From positions 44,174-108,173 of the forward strand of contig CAWDSS010000012.1 of NCBI GenBank assembly GCA_963805065.1: a stretch of DNA of 64,000 nucleotides. The letters run 5' to 3'. Position 1 is the stretch's first letter; each line of letters starts with the position of its first letter. The notes below the pieces were generated by a model. The model was not told the DNA's origin and made no database searches. It worked only from the letters and a program-made list of their open reading frames with translations. The translations under genes and the position numbers were made by a program. The stretch is from Candidatus Omnitrophota bacterium (lineage in GTDB: Bacteria; Omnitrophota; Gorgyraeia; Gygaellales; Profunditerraquicolaceae). Shown piece by piece: positions 9,659-22,950 of the stretch.

Positions 9659-12408
9659 CTACTTTTTCTTTGCGCTCTTCTCTTTCAATACTGCCTGTGC
9701 TGCTGCTAATTTTGCAATCGGCACACGGAATGGCGAACAACTGACATAATCCATGCCGACACTATGGCAGAATTCAACTGAACGTGGTTCTCCGCCGTGC
9801 TCACCGCAGATACCTACTTCCAGGTCCTTACGTGTCTTGCTGCCGCGTTCAATCCCTATTTTGATCAGTTCGCCGATTCCTTCCTGGTCGATGCTCTGGA
9901 AGGGATCTTCGGGAAGTATGCCTTTTTTGATATAGTCCGGCAGAAATCCTCCGATATCATCGCGCGAAAATCCAAAACCCATCTGGGTCAAATCATTTGT
10001 CCCGAATGAGAAGAATTGATGCGACTTGCGACAGTTTATCAGCCACGATAGCTGCGCGCGGAATTTCAATCATCGTGCCGAACATAGTGCTTGATTTTTT
10101 TTAGCGTTATATTTTGCCAAAACTTCCTCATAAACTTTTTTGGCAATGGCCAACTGGTCATTCAATTCCTTTACATCGCAGACTACGGGAATCATTATTT
10201 CCGGATAAGGTTTCTTCCCCTCTTTGATTAATTCCGCTGCTGCATCAAATATAGCGCGTATCTGCATTTCACTTACTTCAGGATAGGTAATGCCCAGGCG
10301 CACACCGCGATGCCCCATCATGGGATTTGATTCATGAAGATTTTCAGCACGCTTGGAAAGTTCTTCCATGGTGATATTTAAATCGTTGAGCCAGTTGCTC
10401 TAATTTTGCTTTTTCGCGCGGCACAAATTCATGCAAGGGCGGGTCAAGCAAACGGATGACTACCGGAAAGCCATCCATTGCTTCCATCGTGCCTTTGATA
10501 TCTTTCTTTACATAGGGGAACAGCTCTTCAAGCGCTGTCCTTCTTTCCTCCTCTGTTTTAGAAATAATCATCTTACGCAAAATGAAGAGCGGTTCATCAG
10601 AACCCTTGCCATAAAACATATGTTCGGTCCTGAACAAGCCGATGCCTTCTGCGCCAAATTGCCTGGCTTTTTTGCATCTTCCGGAGTATCGGCATTAGTC
10701 CTTACTCCCAACCTTTTTATGGAATCGCACATTTTAAGGAAATCCAGCAAAACCTTGTTTTCCTCAGAAGCATCCATCATCGGGAGCTTTCCTTCATAGA
10801 CATTGCCTTTGGTGCCGTTTAAAGTGATCCAGTCGCCTTCTTTGAAGTTTTTCCCGTCGATAATCAGCACTTTCTTAGCATAATCAACATGCAAGCTGCC
10901 GCAACCGACAATACAGCATTTGCCCCAGCCGCGGGCTACTAATGCCGCATGGGAAGTCATGCCGCCGCGGGCAGTGAGAATCGCCTCTGCCGCGCGCATA
11001 CCTTCAACGTCTTCGGGATTAGTCTCTTCACGCACAAGAATTACTTTTTTGCCCTGTTTTGCCCATTCAACAGCATCATTAGCAGAGAATACTATTTGCC
11101 CAGTTGCTCCGCCGGGGCCGGCTGGCAGACCTTTAGCCAAAGGTTTATTCGACGCTTCTGCCTTGGGTCGATAACCGGATGCAAAAGCTCATCTAATTGG
11201 GCAGGGGTTACGCGCATCAGCTGTCTTCTTTATTAATCAGTTTTTCTTTTATCATATCCACAGCCATTCTTACTGCTGCCGGCCCATTGCGTTTGCCTAC
11301 GCGGCACTGAAGCATAAATAAGCGGCCTTTTTCAATGGTAAATTCAATATCCTGCATATCGTGGTAATGTTTTTCCAGTCGATTCTGGATATGCAGAATA
11401 ATTCTTTATAAATTGCCGGCATTGCTTTTTCCAGCGTTACCAAATCTTTATTATGTTCTGATTTTGAATATTCATTGATGGGAGCAGGTGTGCGGATACC
11501 GGCGACCACGTCTTCGCCTTGCGCATTAATCAAATATTCGCCGTAGAATTTATTTTCTCCGTTTCCGGGATTACGGGTAAAGGCAACTCCGGTAGCAGAA
11601 TCATTGCCCATGTTTCCAAAGACCATGGTCTGGACATTAACTGCCGTACCCCATTCATCAGGAATATTTTCAATTCTGCGATAGCTGATTGCGCGTTTTC
11701 CCTTCCATGAAGCAAATACCGCGCCGATACCGCCCCATAGCTGGTCATATGGGTCATCAGGAAAATCTTTTTTCAGGACTTCCTTTATCTTAGCCTTAAA
11801 TGATAACGCAGAGTTTCTTTAAATCATCGCCAGTTAAGTCTGTATCGCTCTTATAGCCTTTTTCTTTCTTTACCTGGTCCATGATTTTTTCCAGCTGTTT
11901 ACGAATTCCCTGCTCATCTTTTGGCTCGATGCCGGCAGCTTTTTCCATAACTACGTCAGAATACATCATAATTAGCCTGCGGTAGGCATCATAAACAAAA
12001 CGGCTGTTACCACCGCTTTGTTTGATCAATCCGGGAATTGTTTTTTCCGTTAAGCCTACGTTTAAAACTGTTTCCATCATCCCTGGCATGGAATTTCTGG
12101 CGCCGGAGCGCACGGAAACCAAAAGCGGATTATTTGCGTCGCCGAATTTCCTTGCCCATAAGTTTTTCTACTTTTTCCAGGGCCTTATGTACCTCTTCTT
12201 TCAGCCCTTTAGGATATGTTTTTTTATTTTGATAATAATAGGTGCAAACTTCGGTGGTAATAGTAAAACCCGGAGGAACAGGAAGTTTTAAATCTTTATG
12301 CCCTGCCATTTCGGCTAAATTTGCGCCTTTGCCTCCGAGGAGATTTTTCATGCTTTCATTACCATCTGCCTTGCCGCCTCCAAAGCTGTAAACGTATTTC
12401 TTTGCCAT
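9659..12408 (-). pseudogene. ppdK: pyruvate, phosphate dikinase, split into at least 7 ORF fragments by frameshifts as sequenced
   Basis: Start MAKKYVYSFGGGKADGNESMKNLLGGKGANLAEM, preceded by a GGAGGG RBS. Later fragments carry GGMTSHAALVARGWGKCCIVG (phospho-His loop), [12 protein letters not shown] and [15 protein letters not shown]. One break coincides with the T8 run at 10095-10102. Confidence 0.9.
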
Positions 12409-12450
12409 TACTTTTAAAACCCTCCTTTTTCGATTATGATAGAGACCCAG

Positions 12451-12520
12451 GTCTATAGTCGATAGTCTATAGCCAATAGTAAAAACAAAAACCATCGGCC
12501 ATTGACCATAGACTATTGAC
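12451..12520. repeat. heptanucleotide tandem array, GTCTATA/TATTGAC family (10 in-phase units forming an inverted repeat)
   Basis: GTCTATA GTCGATA GTCTATA GCCAATA GTAAAAA CAAAAAC CATCGGC CATTGAC CATAGAC TATTGAC, between the glyQS stop and the ppdK start. Confidence 0.85.
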
Positions 12521-12521
12521 C

Positions 12522-13896
12522 TTAATCAATATCACTTAATTTTCTTAAAATATACTCTTTTAATTTATCTATGCCAATACGGTCCTGTTTCATTGAATCC
12601 CTGTCGCGCACGGTAACCTGTTTATCCTCTAACGACTGAACATCCACGGTTACGCAAAGAAGCGTCCCTACTTCATCTTGCCGGCGGTAGAGCTTACCGA
12701 TAGCGCCTGTGTCATCATATACAGTAATAAAGCTTTTCTTTAAATCGCTCGCTAGCTTCTTTGCTAATTCAACTATTTCCGGGCGATTCCTTAAAAGCGG
12801 CAGCACTGCCACTTTAACCGGAGCCAAATCCTTATGCAATTTTAAAACTACCCTTAAATCATCTTTGACTTTTTCCTCAAAATATGCGTCAGTTAAGAAT
12901 GCCAAAACACTCCTGTCTACTCCTCCCGAAGGCTCAATAATATAGGGATAGAATTTTTCCTTGGCTGCATCGTCAAAATATTGTAATTCTTTACCGCTAA
13001 ATTGGCTGTGCTGTTTCAAATCAAAATCCGTGCGGTTGGCGATTCCTTCTAATTCAGACCAGCCGAAAGGAAAATTATATTCTATATCCGTGCAGGCCTT
13101 GGCATAATGCGCAAGCTCATCCTTAGAGTGCGGCCGCTGCCTCAAGTTTTCTTTTTTAATGCCTAAATTTAAATACCAATTAAATCGGGATTCTATCCAT
13201 TCTTCTAATTCTTTGTCCGCATCTTTGGGATTAACAAAATATTCTATTTCCATTTGTTCAAATTCGCGGGTGCGAAATGTAAAGTTTCCCGGGGTGATTT
13301 CATTGCGGAAGGCTTTACCTATTTGAGCCATACCAAAGGGCAGTTTAGGATGTTTTGTGTCAAGGATATTAAGAAAATTCACAAACATACCCTGGGCAGT
13401 CTCAGGACGCAAGTAAATCAGATTTCCAGCATCTTCTACCGGTCCCTGATGAGTTTGAAACATAAGATTAAAAGGTCTACCCTCTGTTAACTCGCCTCCA
13501 CATTCAGGACATTTATTTTTATCTTTTCCCGCCAAGCTATTTATAGCAGGCGGGATCCCGCCCTCGTTTAATATCGCTTGGCGGGATAAATCCTTTGTTT
13601 TAAAACGCTTCTTACATTTCTTGCAGTCGCTTTTTAAATCAAAGAAATTTTGCACATGGCCGGAAGCCTCCCAGACTTTGGGATGCATGAGAATTGCCGC
13701 ATCCATGCCCGAATACATCATCGCGCTCATAGACTACAGATTTCCACCATGCACGCTTAAGGTTATTCTTTAGCTCAACGCCATAAGGCCCGTAGTCCCA
13801 GGTATTACTCAATCCTCCGTATATTTCCGAAGATTGAAAAATAAACCCGCGGCGCTTGCAAAGTGAAACAATTTTATCCATTAGATTATCAGGCAT
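12522..13896 (-). pseudogene. glyQS: glycine--tRNA ligase (dimeric GlyQS type), one frameshift as sequenced
   Basis: The fragments 13639..13896 ([39 protein letters not shown]...) and 12522..13730 overlap in different frames. The shift maps to the CCC run at 13708-13710. Confidence 0.9.
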
Positions 13897-13943
13897 AGAT
13901 TATTATTTTTACCTAAATTGAATTGCTTGTCAAGACATTTAAC

Positions 13944-14666
13944 TTAGGGAACCGTCTTGACGGTAGAGATTATGGCGTATACGCTGTTTAAGTCAAGGGT
14001 AGCGCCTTTATCTTTTATATAAACTTTAAAAAAACTACCTTCTTTATTGAATATATCGCAATCAAAATAATTATAGTCTTTGTTAAGGCTGTAATTAATA
14101 AAGCCGTATTTATCCTGGATAGTAAATTGAGCCATGTGCGCATCTTTCTGATTACCAAGGTCAGGGATGAAAATACCCTTTATAATTATAAAAAAGGCAT
14201 CGGTAAGAGTGTTGACCTCTGGCAGAGTCGCATACATGGTCCTTTTTATAAATTCATAATCGTTATTTACGCCGGCTTTTTTAAGCTGCGGGAACAACCC
14301 CATAAAAAATTGGGGTTTTTCATAAAGAAGATAAATCACATTATCATAAATAGGCCGCTTGCTTTTTTTGTAGTAAATCTTTTTAATCCTTTCTTTGACC
14401 ACTGTAAAGCCCTTTGGTACGCAAACAGACATATCGGGCCAGTCATTACTGGGTATAAGTTTTATTAAGCAGGTTTGTTGAACTTGCGGGTTAATAATTT
14501 CCGAACTGGGAGTCATACAAAGGATAGGGATAGTTTGGCAATCTCCAATTCCTGCTTTTATATAAGATTTGAGGACTGGGGGCATAGCGAATTTTATTAT
14601 AAAAATAATTGCCAATGATAAGAACACGATAGCAGAAAGGAAATTTTTGAGGATATTTGTTTTCAT
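13944..14666 (-). CDS. hypothetical membrane-anchored protein
   Basis: 240-aa ORF with one N-terminal TM helix (AIVFLSLAIIFIIKF). I recognise no motif. Confidence 0.4.
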   Translation of the reverse strand: MKTNILKNFLSAIVFLSLAIIFIIKFAMPPVLKSYIKAGIGDCQTIPILCMTPSSEIINPQVQQTCLIKLIPSNDWPDMSVCVPKGFTVVKERIKKIYYKKSKRPIYDNVIYLLYEKPQFFMGLFPQLKKAGVNNDYEFIKRTMYATLPEVNTLTDAFFIIIKGIFIPDLGNQKDAHMAQFTIQDKYGFINYSLNKDYNYFDCDIFNKEGSFFKVYIKDKGATLDLNSVYAIISTVKTVP

Positions 14667-14670
14667 AACA

Positions 14671-15504
14671 TTAGCCTAGCTTTTTTAATTCCTCTTCTTT
14701 TATGGAAAAGGTATGTTGCGCAGAGGGAAATTTTCCCTCAATTACCTCTGTTTTATATTCTTCGATTGCCTTTAGGATTAAGGGTGAAAGGTTGATGTAT
14801 TTTTTGACAAATTTGGGGGTAAAGCGTTCGAACAACCCAATCAGGTCATGTATTACCAATACCTGTCCGTCGCAGTTTACGCCTGCGCCGATGCCGATTA
14901 TAGGAATGTTTAATTTTCTTGTGATTAGCTCTGCGATTTTATCCGGGACGCATTCAAGCACAATGGAGAAGCAGCCGAGTTTTTCCAACTCAATCGCCTG
15001 CTGAATCAATTGCTTCGCATGCTCTGCGTCTTTACCCTGCACCTTAAAACCTCCTAATTTATCCGCGGTTTGCGGCGTAAGGCCGATGTGGCCCATTACC
15101 GGTATACCTGATTTAATTAAATTTTTGGTTACCTCAAGGCACTTATCAAACCACTCTAATTTTACCGCGTCACATTTTGCTTCCTCTATGAATCTTTTGG
15201 CATTTTTTACCGATTCTGCTGTATTAACCTGATATGAATCAAACGGCATATCACCCACAACCAATGCGTGCTTTACAGCCCTGGTGACTGCTTTAGCATG
15301 GTGAATCATCTCCTGCATGCCGACTTTGGTAGTTGAATCTAATCCCAGCACTACATTGGCTAAAGAATCGCCCACCAAAATCATATCAATACCTGCCTTA
15401 TCCACTAAAGATGCTATAGGATAATCATAAGCTGTGAGCATGGTAATCTTACGCTTACCTTTCAGTAATAATATATCCTTTACAGTAACTTTTAAATTAT
15501 CCAT
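14671..15504 (-). CDS. panB: 3-methyl-2-oxobutanoate hydroxymethyltransferase
   Basis: 277 aa with ITMLTAYDYPIASLVDKAGIDMILVGDSLANVVLG and VKLE. Confidence 0.9.
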   Translation of the reverse strand: MDNLKVTVKDILLLKGKRKITMLTAYDYPIASLVDKAGIDMILVGDSLANVVLGLDSTTKVGMQEMIHHAKAVTRAVKHALVVGDMPFDSYQVNTAESVKNAKRFIEEAKCDAVKLEWFDKCLEVTKNLIKSGIPVMGHIGLTPQTADKLGGFKVQGKDAEHAKQLIQQAIELEKLGCFSIVLECVPDKIAELITRKLNIPIIGIGAGVNCDGQVLVIHDLIGLFERFTPKFVKKYINLSPLILKAIEEYKTEVIEGKFPSAQHTFSIKEEELKKLG

Positions 15505-15540
15505 TATTGACCCCTTTTTAATGTCGAATGAAAAAACCTT

Positions 15541-16864
<1,324 letters not shown>

Positions 16865-16878
<14 letters not shown>

Positions 16879-19468
16879 ACTTTTTCATAAACCATTTCTT
16901 AACTACCTGGACTAAAAGTAAATAGGTAGCTGTCATAATAAACAGGGCTACAAAATACATGGGCGGCGGCTTGACGAATCCAAAAGGCTTAGCCAGTGGG
17001 GTAAATGGCATAGCAATACCTATGGAAACTATAATAATAGACATGAGCATCAAGAATCTGCTTGGCCGGCTTTCAATAAAAGGAATTTTACCGGTTCGGA
17101 TTATATGTATAACCAAAGTCTGGGTGCATAATGATTCTATGAACCAACCGGTATGAAAAAGTTCAGCTGAAGAATGAAAAATAAATAACATAACTCCGTA
17201 AGTTAAAAAATCGAAAATTGAACTTATCGGCCCGATAATCACCATAAAGTTCCTGATATACTTGACATTCCAGGGCCTGGGTTGAAAATATATTCTTTGT
17301 CAACTTGATCTGTAGGAATGCGCGATCTGCGATACATCATAAAGAAAATTATTCAAAAGTATTTGAATTGGCAGCATCGGTAAAAACGGCAAAAATAAAC
17401 TAGCCGCCGGTCATGCTAAACATATTGCCGAAATTAGAGCTTGAGCCCATCTTGATATACTTAATAATATTACCAAAGGTCTTTCTGCCTTCGATTACGC
17501 CATCTTCCAACACCATGAGGCTCTTTTTAAGCAGAATGATATCCGCCGATTCCTTGGCAATATCTACAGCATTATTTACCGAAATCCCGACATCGGAAGT
17601 TTTTAATGCCGGTGCATCGTTTATACCGTCACCCAAATACCCTACAATATGCCCATTTGCATGCAGGGCACGAATCACCCTTTCTTTTTGCAGAGGAGAT
17701 AGCCTGGCAAAGATATTAGTTGTTTTTACCAACTCTCTTAATTCATCATCATTTGTTTTTTCTACCTGATCTCCGGTAACCAGCCCTTTAACATCTAACC
17801 CTACTTCACTACATATTTTTCTAGTGACTAATTCATTATCTCCGGTTAATACTTTAAAATCTATACCCAGCTTTTTTAAGGCCTCGATGGCCTTTTTTGC
17901 AGTTGGCTTGGGAGGATCAAGAAAAGCAACGTAGCCTTTAAGGATCAAATCTTTCTCATCATCTTTTGAATAGGTTTCTTTATTTATGTCAAAATTTTTA
18001 TATGCAATAGCCAAAACCCTAAAGCCATCCGCGCTTAAACTATCGAATTCCTCTTTTAAATCCGAAATAATCAACGGGTCAATATCGAATATTTCACCAT
18101 CCAGTTCATAGTGAGTGCATCGCTTGAATATCTCCTCCGGTGCGCCTTTTGAAATAATCTTATGTTTATCATCCATCTCAACAACTACGGACATTATTTT
18201 CCTGGAGAAATCAAAGGGTATCTCGTCTATTTTTTTATATTGTTTTACTACTAATTTTTCATATTTAAGGATTGCTTTGTCCAAAAGGTTTTTAAGGCCT
18301 GTCTGATAAAAGCTATTAATATAGGCGTAACGCAGCACATCAGCATCCTCTTTTCTTACTACATCGCAGTGTTTTTCCAGGACTATCTTATCCATAGTAA
18401 GTGTTCCGGTTTTATCAGTACATAAAACATCCATGGCGCCAAAGTTCTGTATGGAATTCAGGCGCTTAACAATGACTTCTTTTTTCGACATGGAAATTGC
18501 ACCCTTAGAAAGATTAAGCGTTACGATCATAGGGAGCATTTCTGGCGTAAGTCCCACTGCAACACCCAAGAGAAAAGAGCAAGCTTCAATAAAATTACCA
18601 TGGCGGACGGCAATAATAGCAAATATAAACATCACCATGCAAATCATTGCCTTAACCATGAGCATGGTAAATTTATTAACCCCTTTATCAAAACTTGTTT
18701 CTACGCGCATAGTGGCATAGCTTGCGGGAAAGTTCGCCAAACTGCGTAGCAATACCGGTTTTTATGACTACTCCCAGCGCTGTACCGCTTACTACGCTTG
18801 AGCCCATAAAGGCGATATTAGATATAGACGGCTCGGAAATAGAATGGTTTTTTGGGGTGATAGGAGTGGCTGTCTTTTTCGACGGGGAAAGATTCTCCGG
18901 TTAAAGAAGCCTGGTTAATGAACAGGTCTTTGCAGGAAATAATCCGTAAGTCAGCGGGGATCATGTCTCCGGCAAAAAGGTCAACAACATCCCCGGGCAC
19001 TATTTCCCTGATACTTATTTCTTTAGATTTACCGTTACGTAATACCGTAGCGGTTGTGCGCACCATTTCACTTAGTTTTTCAGCTGCTTTACTGGCGCGA
19101 TGTTCCTGAATAAATGCCAGCATTACGCTCATCACAGCCATAAGAGAGACTATGATGGCGCTGATTTTCTCGCCAAAGAAAAGTGAGAATCCGCCGATAA
19201 TAAGCAGGACTATTACGAGAGGATTAAGGAATTTAGAAATAATTTCATGGAAGATCGTCCTCTTTTTTTTCTTGGCAGGCTCATTAAAACCGTATTCTTC
19301 AAGCCTGTTGCGGGATTCCTGTTCGCTTAAGCCCTTTTCGGATGTCTTCATTTTTTCGAAAAGGAGCTCGTTGGTGCATCCGGCGTAATCAAAATCAAGG
19401 ATTTGCGGCTTGATATTGCCGATTGTTTTAAGTTTAATATTTTTTGTTCCGTTGGGTTTTAGAGTCAT
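16865..19468 (-). pseudogene. mgtA: P-type (MgtA-like, magnesium-importing type) ATPase, split into 3 or more fragments by frameshifts as sequenced
   Basis: Fragments 18818..19468 (N-terminus, TGESFPVEK), 17400..18752 (CTDKTGTLT, GDGINDAPALK) and 16865..17245 (C-terminal TM helices). It overlaps the nfnA stop and the nfnB start. Confidence 0.8.
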
Positions 19469-20289
19469 TTAAGTTGGCTTTCCTGGTTCTTAAAAACCGC
19501 AAGCCTCATTTCTAATTCATCAAAATCTAATGCATGGCCGTCAAAATCAGGGCCATCAACACAACCAAAAACAGTTTTACCTGCTACTGTGCAACGGCAG
19601 GAGCCGCACATGCCGGTAGCGTCAACCATTATGGGGTTTATGCTTACCACGGTCTTAATGCCGCATCCTTTTGTCAATCCGCTCACAGCTTTCATCATGG
19701 GGACAGGGCCTATTGCATAAACTAATCCCGGATATTTTGTATGCGTGGATTTTTCAATTACCGTCAGTAATTCTTTTAAAACATCGCTAACATAGCCTTT
19801 TTTACCGTAGGTGCCGTCATCCGTAGTAATAAATAACTCATCACAGATTGAGCGCATTTTATCTTCCAGTATAATTAAATCTTTTGAGCGGCTGCCAATT
19901 ATGCCGGTTACGCGGTTACCCGCCTGTTTAAATGCACGTGATACAGGATAAACTTCTGCAATGCCTACGCCCCCGCCAATACAATATACTTCTCCAATAT
20001 TTTTTATTTCTGTGGGGTGGCCCAAGGGGCCAAGTATATGCGCAATATTATCGCCTGTATTCTTTTGCCCGAGTTTTTTTGTGGTAAATCCTACTTTTTG
20101 AAATATCAAAGTTACTGTTGCCTTATCTTTATCCCAGTCAGCCAGGGTTAATGGAATACGCTCTCCCTGTTCATCTAAAATCAATGCCACAAATTGCCCG
20201 GGTTTTGCGGCTTCGGCAATTGCTTTCGCTTCCACTGTAATCTGCGTAATATCTTTGGCTAATTCTGTTTTATCGATAATTTTGAACAT
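19465..20289 (-). CDS. nfnA: NfnA / PyrK-like ferredoxin-NADP(+) reductase subunit (FAD, 2Fe-2S)
   Basis: 274 aa with MFKIIDKTELAKDI...GERIPLTLADWD...NPIMVDATGMCGSCRCTV...CVDGPDFDGH, which closely matches the NfnA/SudB pattern. Confidence 0.85.
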   Translation of the reverse strand: MFKIIDKTELAKDITQITVEAKAIAEAAKPGQFVALILDEQGERIPLTLADWDKDKATVTLIFQKVGFTTKKLGQKNTGDNIAHILGPLGHPTEIKNIGEVYCIGGGVGIAEVYPVSRAFKQAGNRVTGIIGSRSKDLIILEDKMRSICDELFITTDDGTYGKKGYVSDVLKELLTVIEKSTHTKYPGLVYAIGPVPMMKAVSGLTKGCGIKTVVSINPIMVDATGMCGSCRCTVAGKTVFGCVDGPDFDGHALDFDELEMRLAVFKNQESQLK

Positions 20290-21223
20290 TTTCTATAATT
20301 TTTACGTCTGTTTCGGGAAATTTCTTCGCGAGTAACTCCCCTTTTTTCTTTCCCAAAACGAATATGGCTGTTGATAGGGCATCCGCGGTCAACCCATCAG
20401 GTGCGATTACCGTTACGAACAAAAGCCCGGAATCTGCGGGGTAACCTGTTTTAGGATTCATTATATGGCCGTAATATTTATTTTTCTTAATGAAATACTG
20501 TTCGTAATTTCCTGACGTGGAAACGGATTTGTCTTTAAGGTGCATATAACCGATAACCTTTGAGTCCCGCGGATCCACAACCGCGATTATCCAGGGTTTT
20601 CCAAACCTTTCACCTAAACAATACACCTGTCCGCCTGCATTAATCAGGCAGGAATTGATACTTGCTTCCTTTAATTTGGCAACGGCACAATCCAAGGCAT
20701 AGCCTTTGCCAATCGCACCCAGATCAATTTTCATTCTTGAAATTTTAAATTGTATCACATTATCTACGTCATTCAAAATAATTTTATCTGAACCAACTAA
20801 ATCCAGGGTATCCCTGATTTCCTTTTCTTTGGGGGCGCGGTATTTTTTATCCGTAAATCCCCAAAGATCAGATAACACAGCAGTAGTGATATCAAATGCG
20901 CCATCACTTGCCTGATAGAACTTTTTGGATTCTTTTATGATGTAGAATGTATCGCTACTAGCCTTTATTTTTCCTGTCTTATTAAGCTTAGAAACTTCAC
21001 TTTCCGGCCTATACTTGCTTAATAAATCTTCTATTCTTTTAATTTCTTTGAAAACTATACCCGGCGCTTCTTTATAAGGTGATTTTACCTGAACAAAAGT
21101 CCCCATCATCACGCGGGTGTCTTTGTAAAGTTGCCTGTTCTGACAGCCGCTTAATAACGTAAAACTCAAAGCGCAAAGCGCAAAACTGATTTGACTTTTG
21201 CATTTTACGTTTTGAGTTAACAT
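20270..21223 (-). CDS. apbE: FAD:protein FMN transferase (ApbE family) lipoprotein
   Basis: 317 aa with a lipobox (LLSGC), RVMMGTFV, VSTSGNYEQYF and HIMNPKTGYP. The N-terminal signal peptide is encoded by heptamer repeats. Confidence 0.85.
   Translation of the reverse strand: MLTQNVKCKSQISFALCALSFTLLSGCQNRQLYKDTRVMMGTFVQVKSPYKEAPGIVFKEIKRIEDLLSKYRPESEVSKLNKTGKIKASSDTFYIIKESKKFYQASDGAFDITTAVLSDLWGFTDKKYRAPKEKEIRDTLDLVGSDKIILNDVDNVIQFKISRMKIDLGAIGKGYALDCAVAKLKEASINSCLINAGGQVYCLGERFGKPWIIAVVDPRDSKVIGYMHLKDKSVSTSGNYEQYFIKKNKYYGHIMNPKTGYPADSGLLFVTVIAPDGLTADALSTAIFVLGKKKGELLAKKFPETDVKIIENVQNYR
21158..21218. repeat. two opposed heptanucleotide arrays, A-rich family, inside the apbE 5' coding region
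   Basis: CGTAAAA CTCAAAG CGCAAAG CGCAAAA, then ctgat, then TTGACTT TTGCATT TTACGTT TTGAGTT. Together they encode MLTQNVKCKSQISFALCALSF. Confidence 0.8.
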
Positions 21224-21224
21224 G

Positions 21225-22934
21225 TCATTTTTTAATTGTCTTTATCAGCTCTTCTACACTAAGCGTATTTAACACATCTTCCTTACAAAGCCATCCCCGC
21301 CTTGCCACTGAAACACCCAATTTCATTGAATCCAACTGATTGATGGAATGAGAATCAGTGTTTATAGCTAACCTTACGCCCATTTCTTTTGCCCGGCGGC
21401 TGTTATGGTCATTTAAGTCCAGCCTTTCAGGAAAGGCATTAATTTCCAGGTGCGTATTTGTGTCTTTAGCCGATTTTAATATTTCATCAAGGTCAATATC
21501 ATAAGCTTCCCGCGTCCCCCAGAGCCTTGCCGTAGGATGCGCAATAATATGCACGTATTTATTTTTGCAGGCACTGATAATTCTTTTGGTCAATTGTAAA
21601 CTTGATTGCTTAAAACCCGTATGAATCGCAGCCACAACAACATCGAAGCCCTTTAAAACTCTATCCGGATAATCAATTTTTCCATCGGAATCTATATCAA
21701 CTTCCGTTGCAAACAGAATCCGAAAGCCATGGAGTTTTGAATTAAGCCTGTCCATTTCTTTCTTTTTTCTATTTAAATCTGCGATACTTAAGCCATGTGC
21801 AACCTTCAGGCTCACGGAATGGTCTGTAACCGCTGCATAAGAATACCCGATTTTACGGCAGGCATTAATCATTTCTTCAATACTATTTCCTCCGTCGGAA
21901 TATTTGGAATGAATGTGCAGGTCCCCTCTAATATCCTTTAATTCTACTAATTTGGGAAGTTTGCATTTTAAAGCCAGTTCAATCTCTCCCGTATCTTCGC
22001 GCATTTCCGGCTCAACATAGGCCATGCCCAATAATTTGAATATTTCTTCTTCTGTACTGCCTGCGACAAATTTTTCTTTCTTAAATACCCCGTATTCGTT
22101 TATCTTTAATCCCTTCCTTATAGCCAACTGCCGGATTTTTATATTGAAATTCTTTGAGCCGGTAAAATATAAAAGCGCAGCCCCGAAAGATTTTTCTTCT
22201 ACCACCCTGCAGTCAATTTGCGTGTCTTCTTTCGTGCGCACAGAAGCCTTGGTTTCTCCTTCGGCCAAAATATCTTTGACAGAGGGCAATTTTGTGAATG
22301 TATCCATTATTTTTTTGGGCTTGTGGGAAATTACAAGAATATCGATATCGCGCACTGTTTCTTTTTGGCGGCGTAAGCTCCCTGCTACAGAAATTCTTTT
22401 AACTTCGGGCAATTTTGATAATGGCTTTAAAAATTCATCTGCTGCAAGTATTGCCTGGCCCAAGGTCATTCGTTCCTTGCCTTTTTTGACAATGCTTATA
22501 CCCTTAGAAATATTTTCTATGGTTTTTTCTTTCACGCCGAAAATTCCCTGTAGTTTATGTTTGTCTATTGCCTTTTGTAAATCTGCGACGTTTTTAATCT
22601 TTAATTTTTCATATAATAGCTTGGCTTTTTTCGGGCCAACCGAAGGGATATTTAATAATCCCAATAACCCCTGCGGAATTTTCTTCTTTAAGTCTTCGTA
22701 AGCCCTAATTTTTCCGGTATCGAGGAACTCTGTAATTTTGCTGGAAAGATCCGGCCCGACACCGGGTATATCAGTAAGCCTGCCTTGCTTAGACAAATTC
22801 TCAATGCTTTCCGACAGGCCTTCGATGTTTTGCGCAGCCCTTTCATATGCGCGTATCCTAAATAGATTGTCGCCTTTAATCTCCAATATTTTGGCAAAAT
22901 CACGAAATATCGTGGCAATTTGTGAGTTTTTCAT
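21225..22934 (-). CDS. polX: family X DNA polymerase with C-terminal PHP domain
   Basis: 569 aa with MKNSQIATIFRDFAKILEIKGDNLFRIRAYERAA, GSLRRQKETVRDIDILV, and PHP motifs DLHIHSKYSDG and NTDSH. Confidence 0.9.
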   Translation of the reverse strand: MKNSQIATIFRDFAKILEIKGDNLFRIRAYERAAQNIEGLSESIENLSKQGRLTDIPGVGPDLSSKITEFLDTGKIRAYEDLKKKIPQGLLGLLNIPSVGPKKAKLLYEKLKIKNVADLQKAIDKHKLQGIFGVKEKTIENISKGISIVKKGKERMTLGQAILAADEFLKPLSKLPEVKRISVAGSLRRQKETVRDIDILVISHKPKKIMDTFTKLPSVKDILAEGETKASVRTKEDTQIDCRVVEEKSFGAALLYFTGSKNFNIKIRQLAIRKGLKINEYGVFKKEKFVAGSTEEEIFKLLGMAYVEPEMREDTGEIELALKCKLPKLVELKDIRGDLHIHSKYSDGGNSIEEMINACRKIGYSYAAVTDHSVSLKVAHGLSIADLNRKKKEMDRLNSKLHGFRILFATEVDIDSDGKIDYPDRVLKGFDVVVAAIHTGFKQSSLQLTKRIISACKNKYVHIIAHPTARLWGTREAYDIDLDEILKSAKDTNTHLEINAFPERLDLNDHNSRRAKEMGVRLAINTDSHSINQLDSMKLGVSVARRGWLCKEDVLNTLSVEELIKTIKK

Positions 22935-22950
22935 CTATAAGAATTATTTT

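Noticed and set aside
12451-12520. The heptamer arrays and 64-bp palindromes as CRISPR arrays.
   Set aside because: The repeat units are 7 nt with no spacers, and the palindromic copies are tens of kb apart. No cas genes are present.
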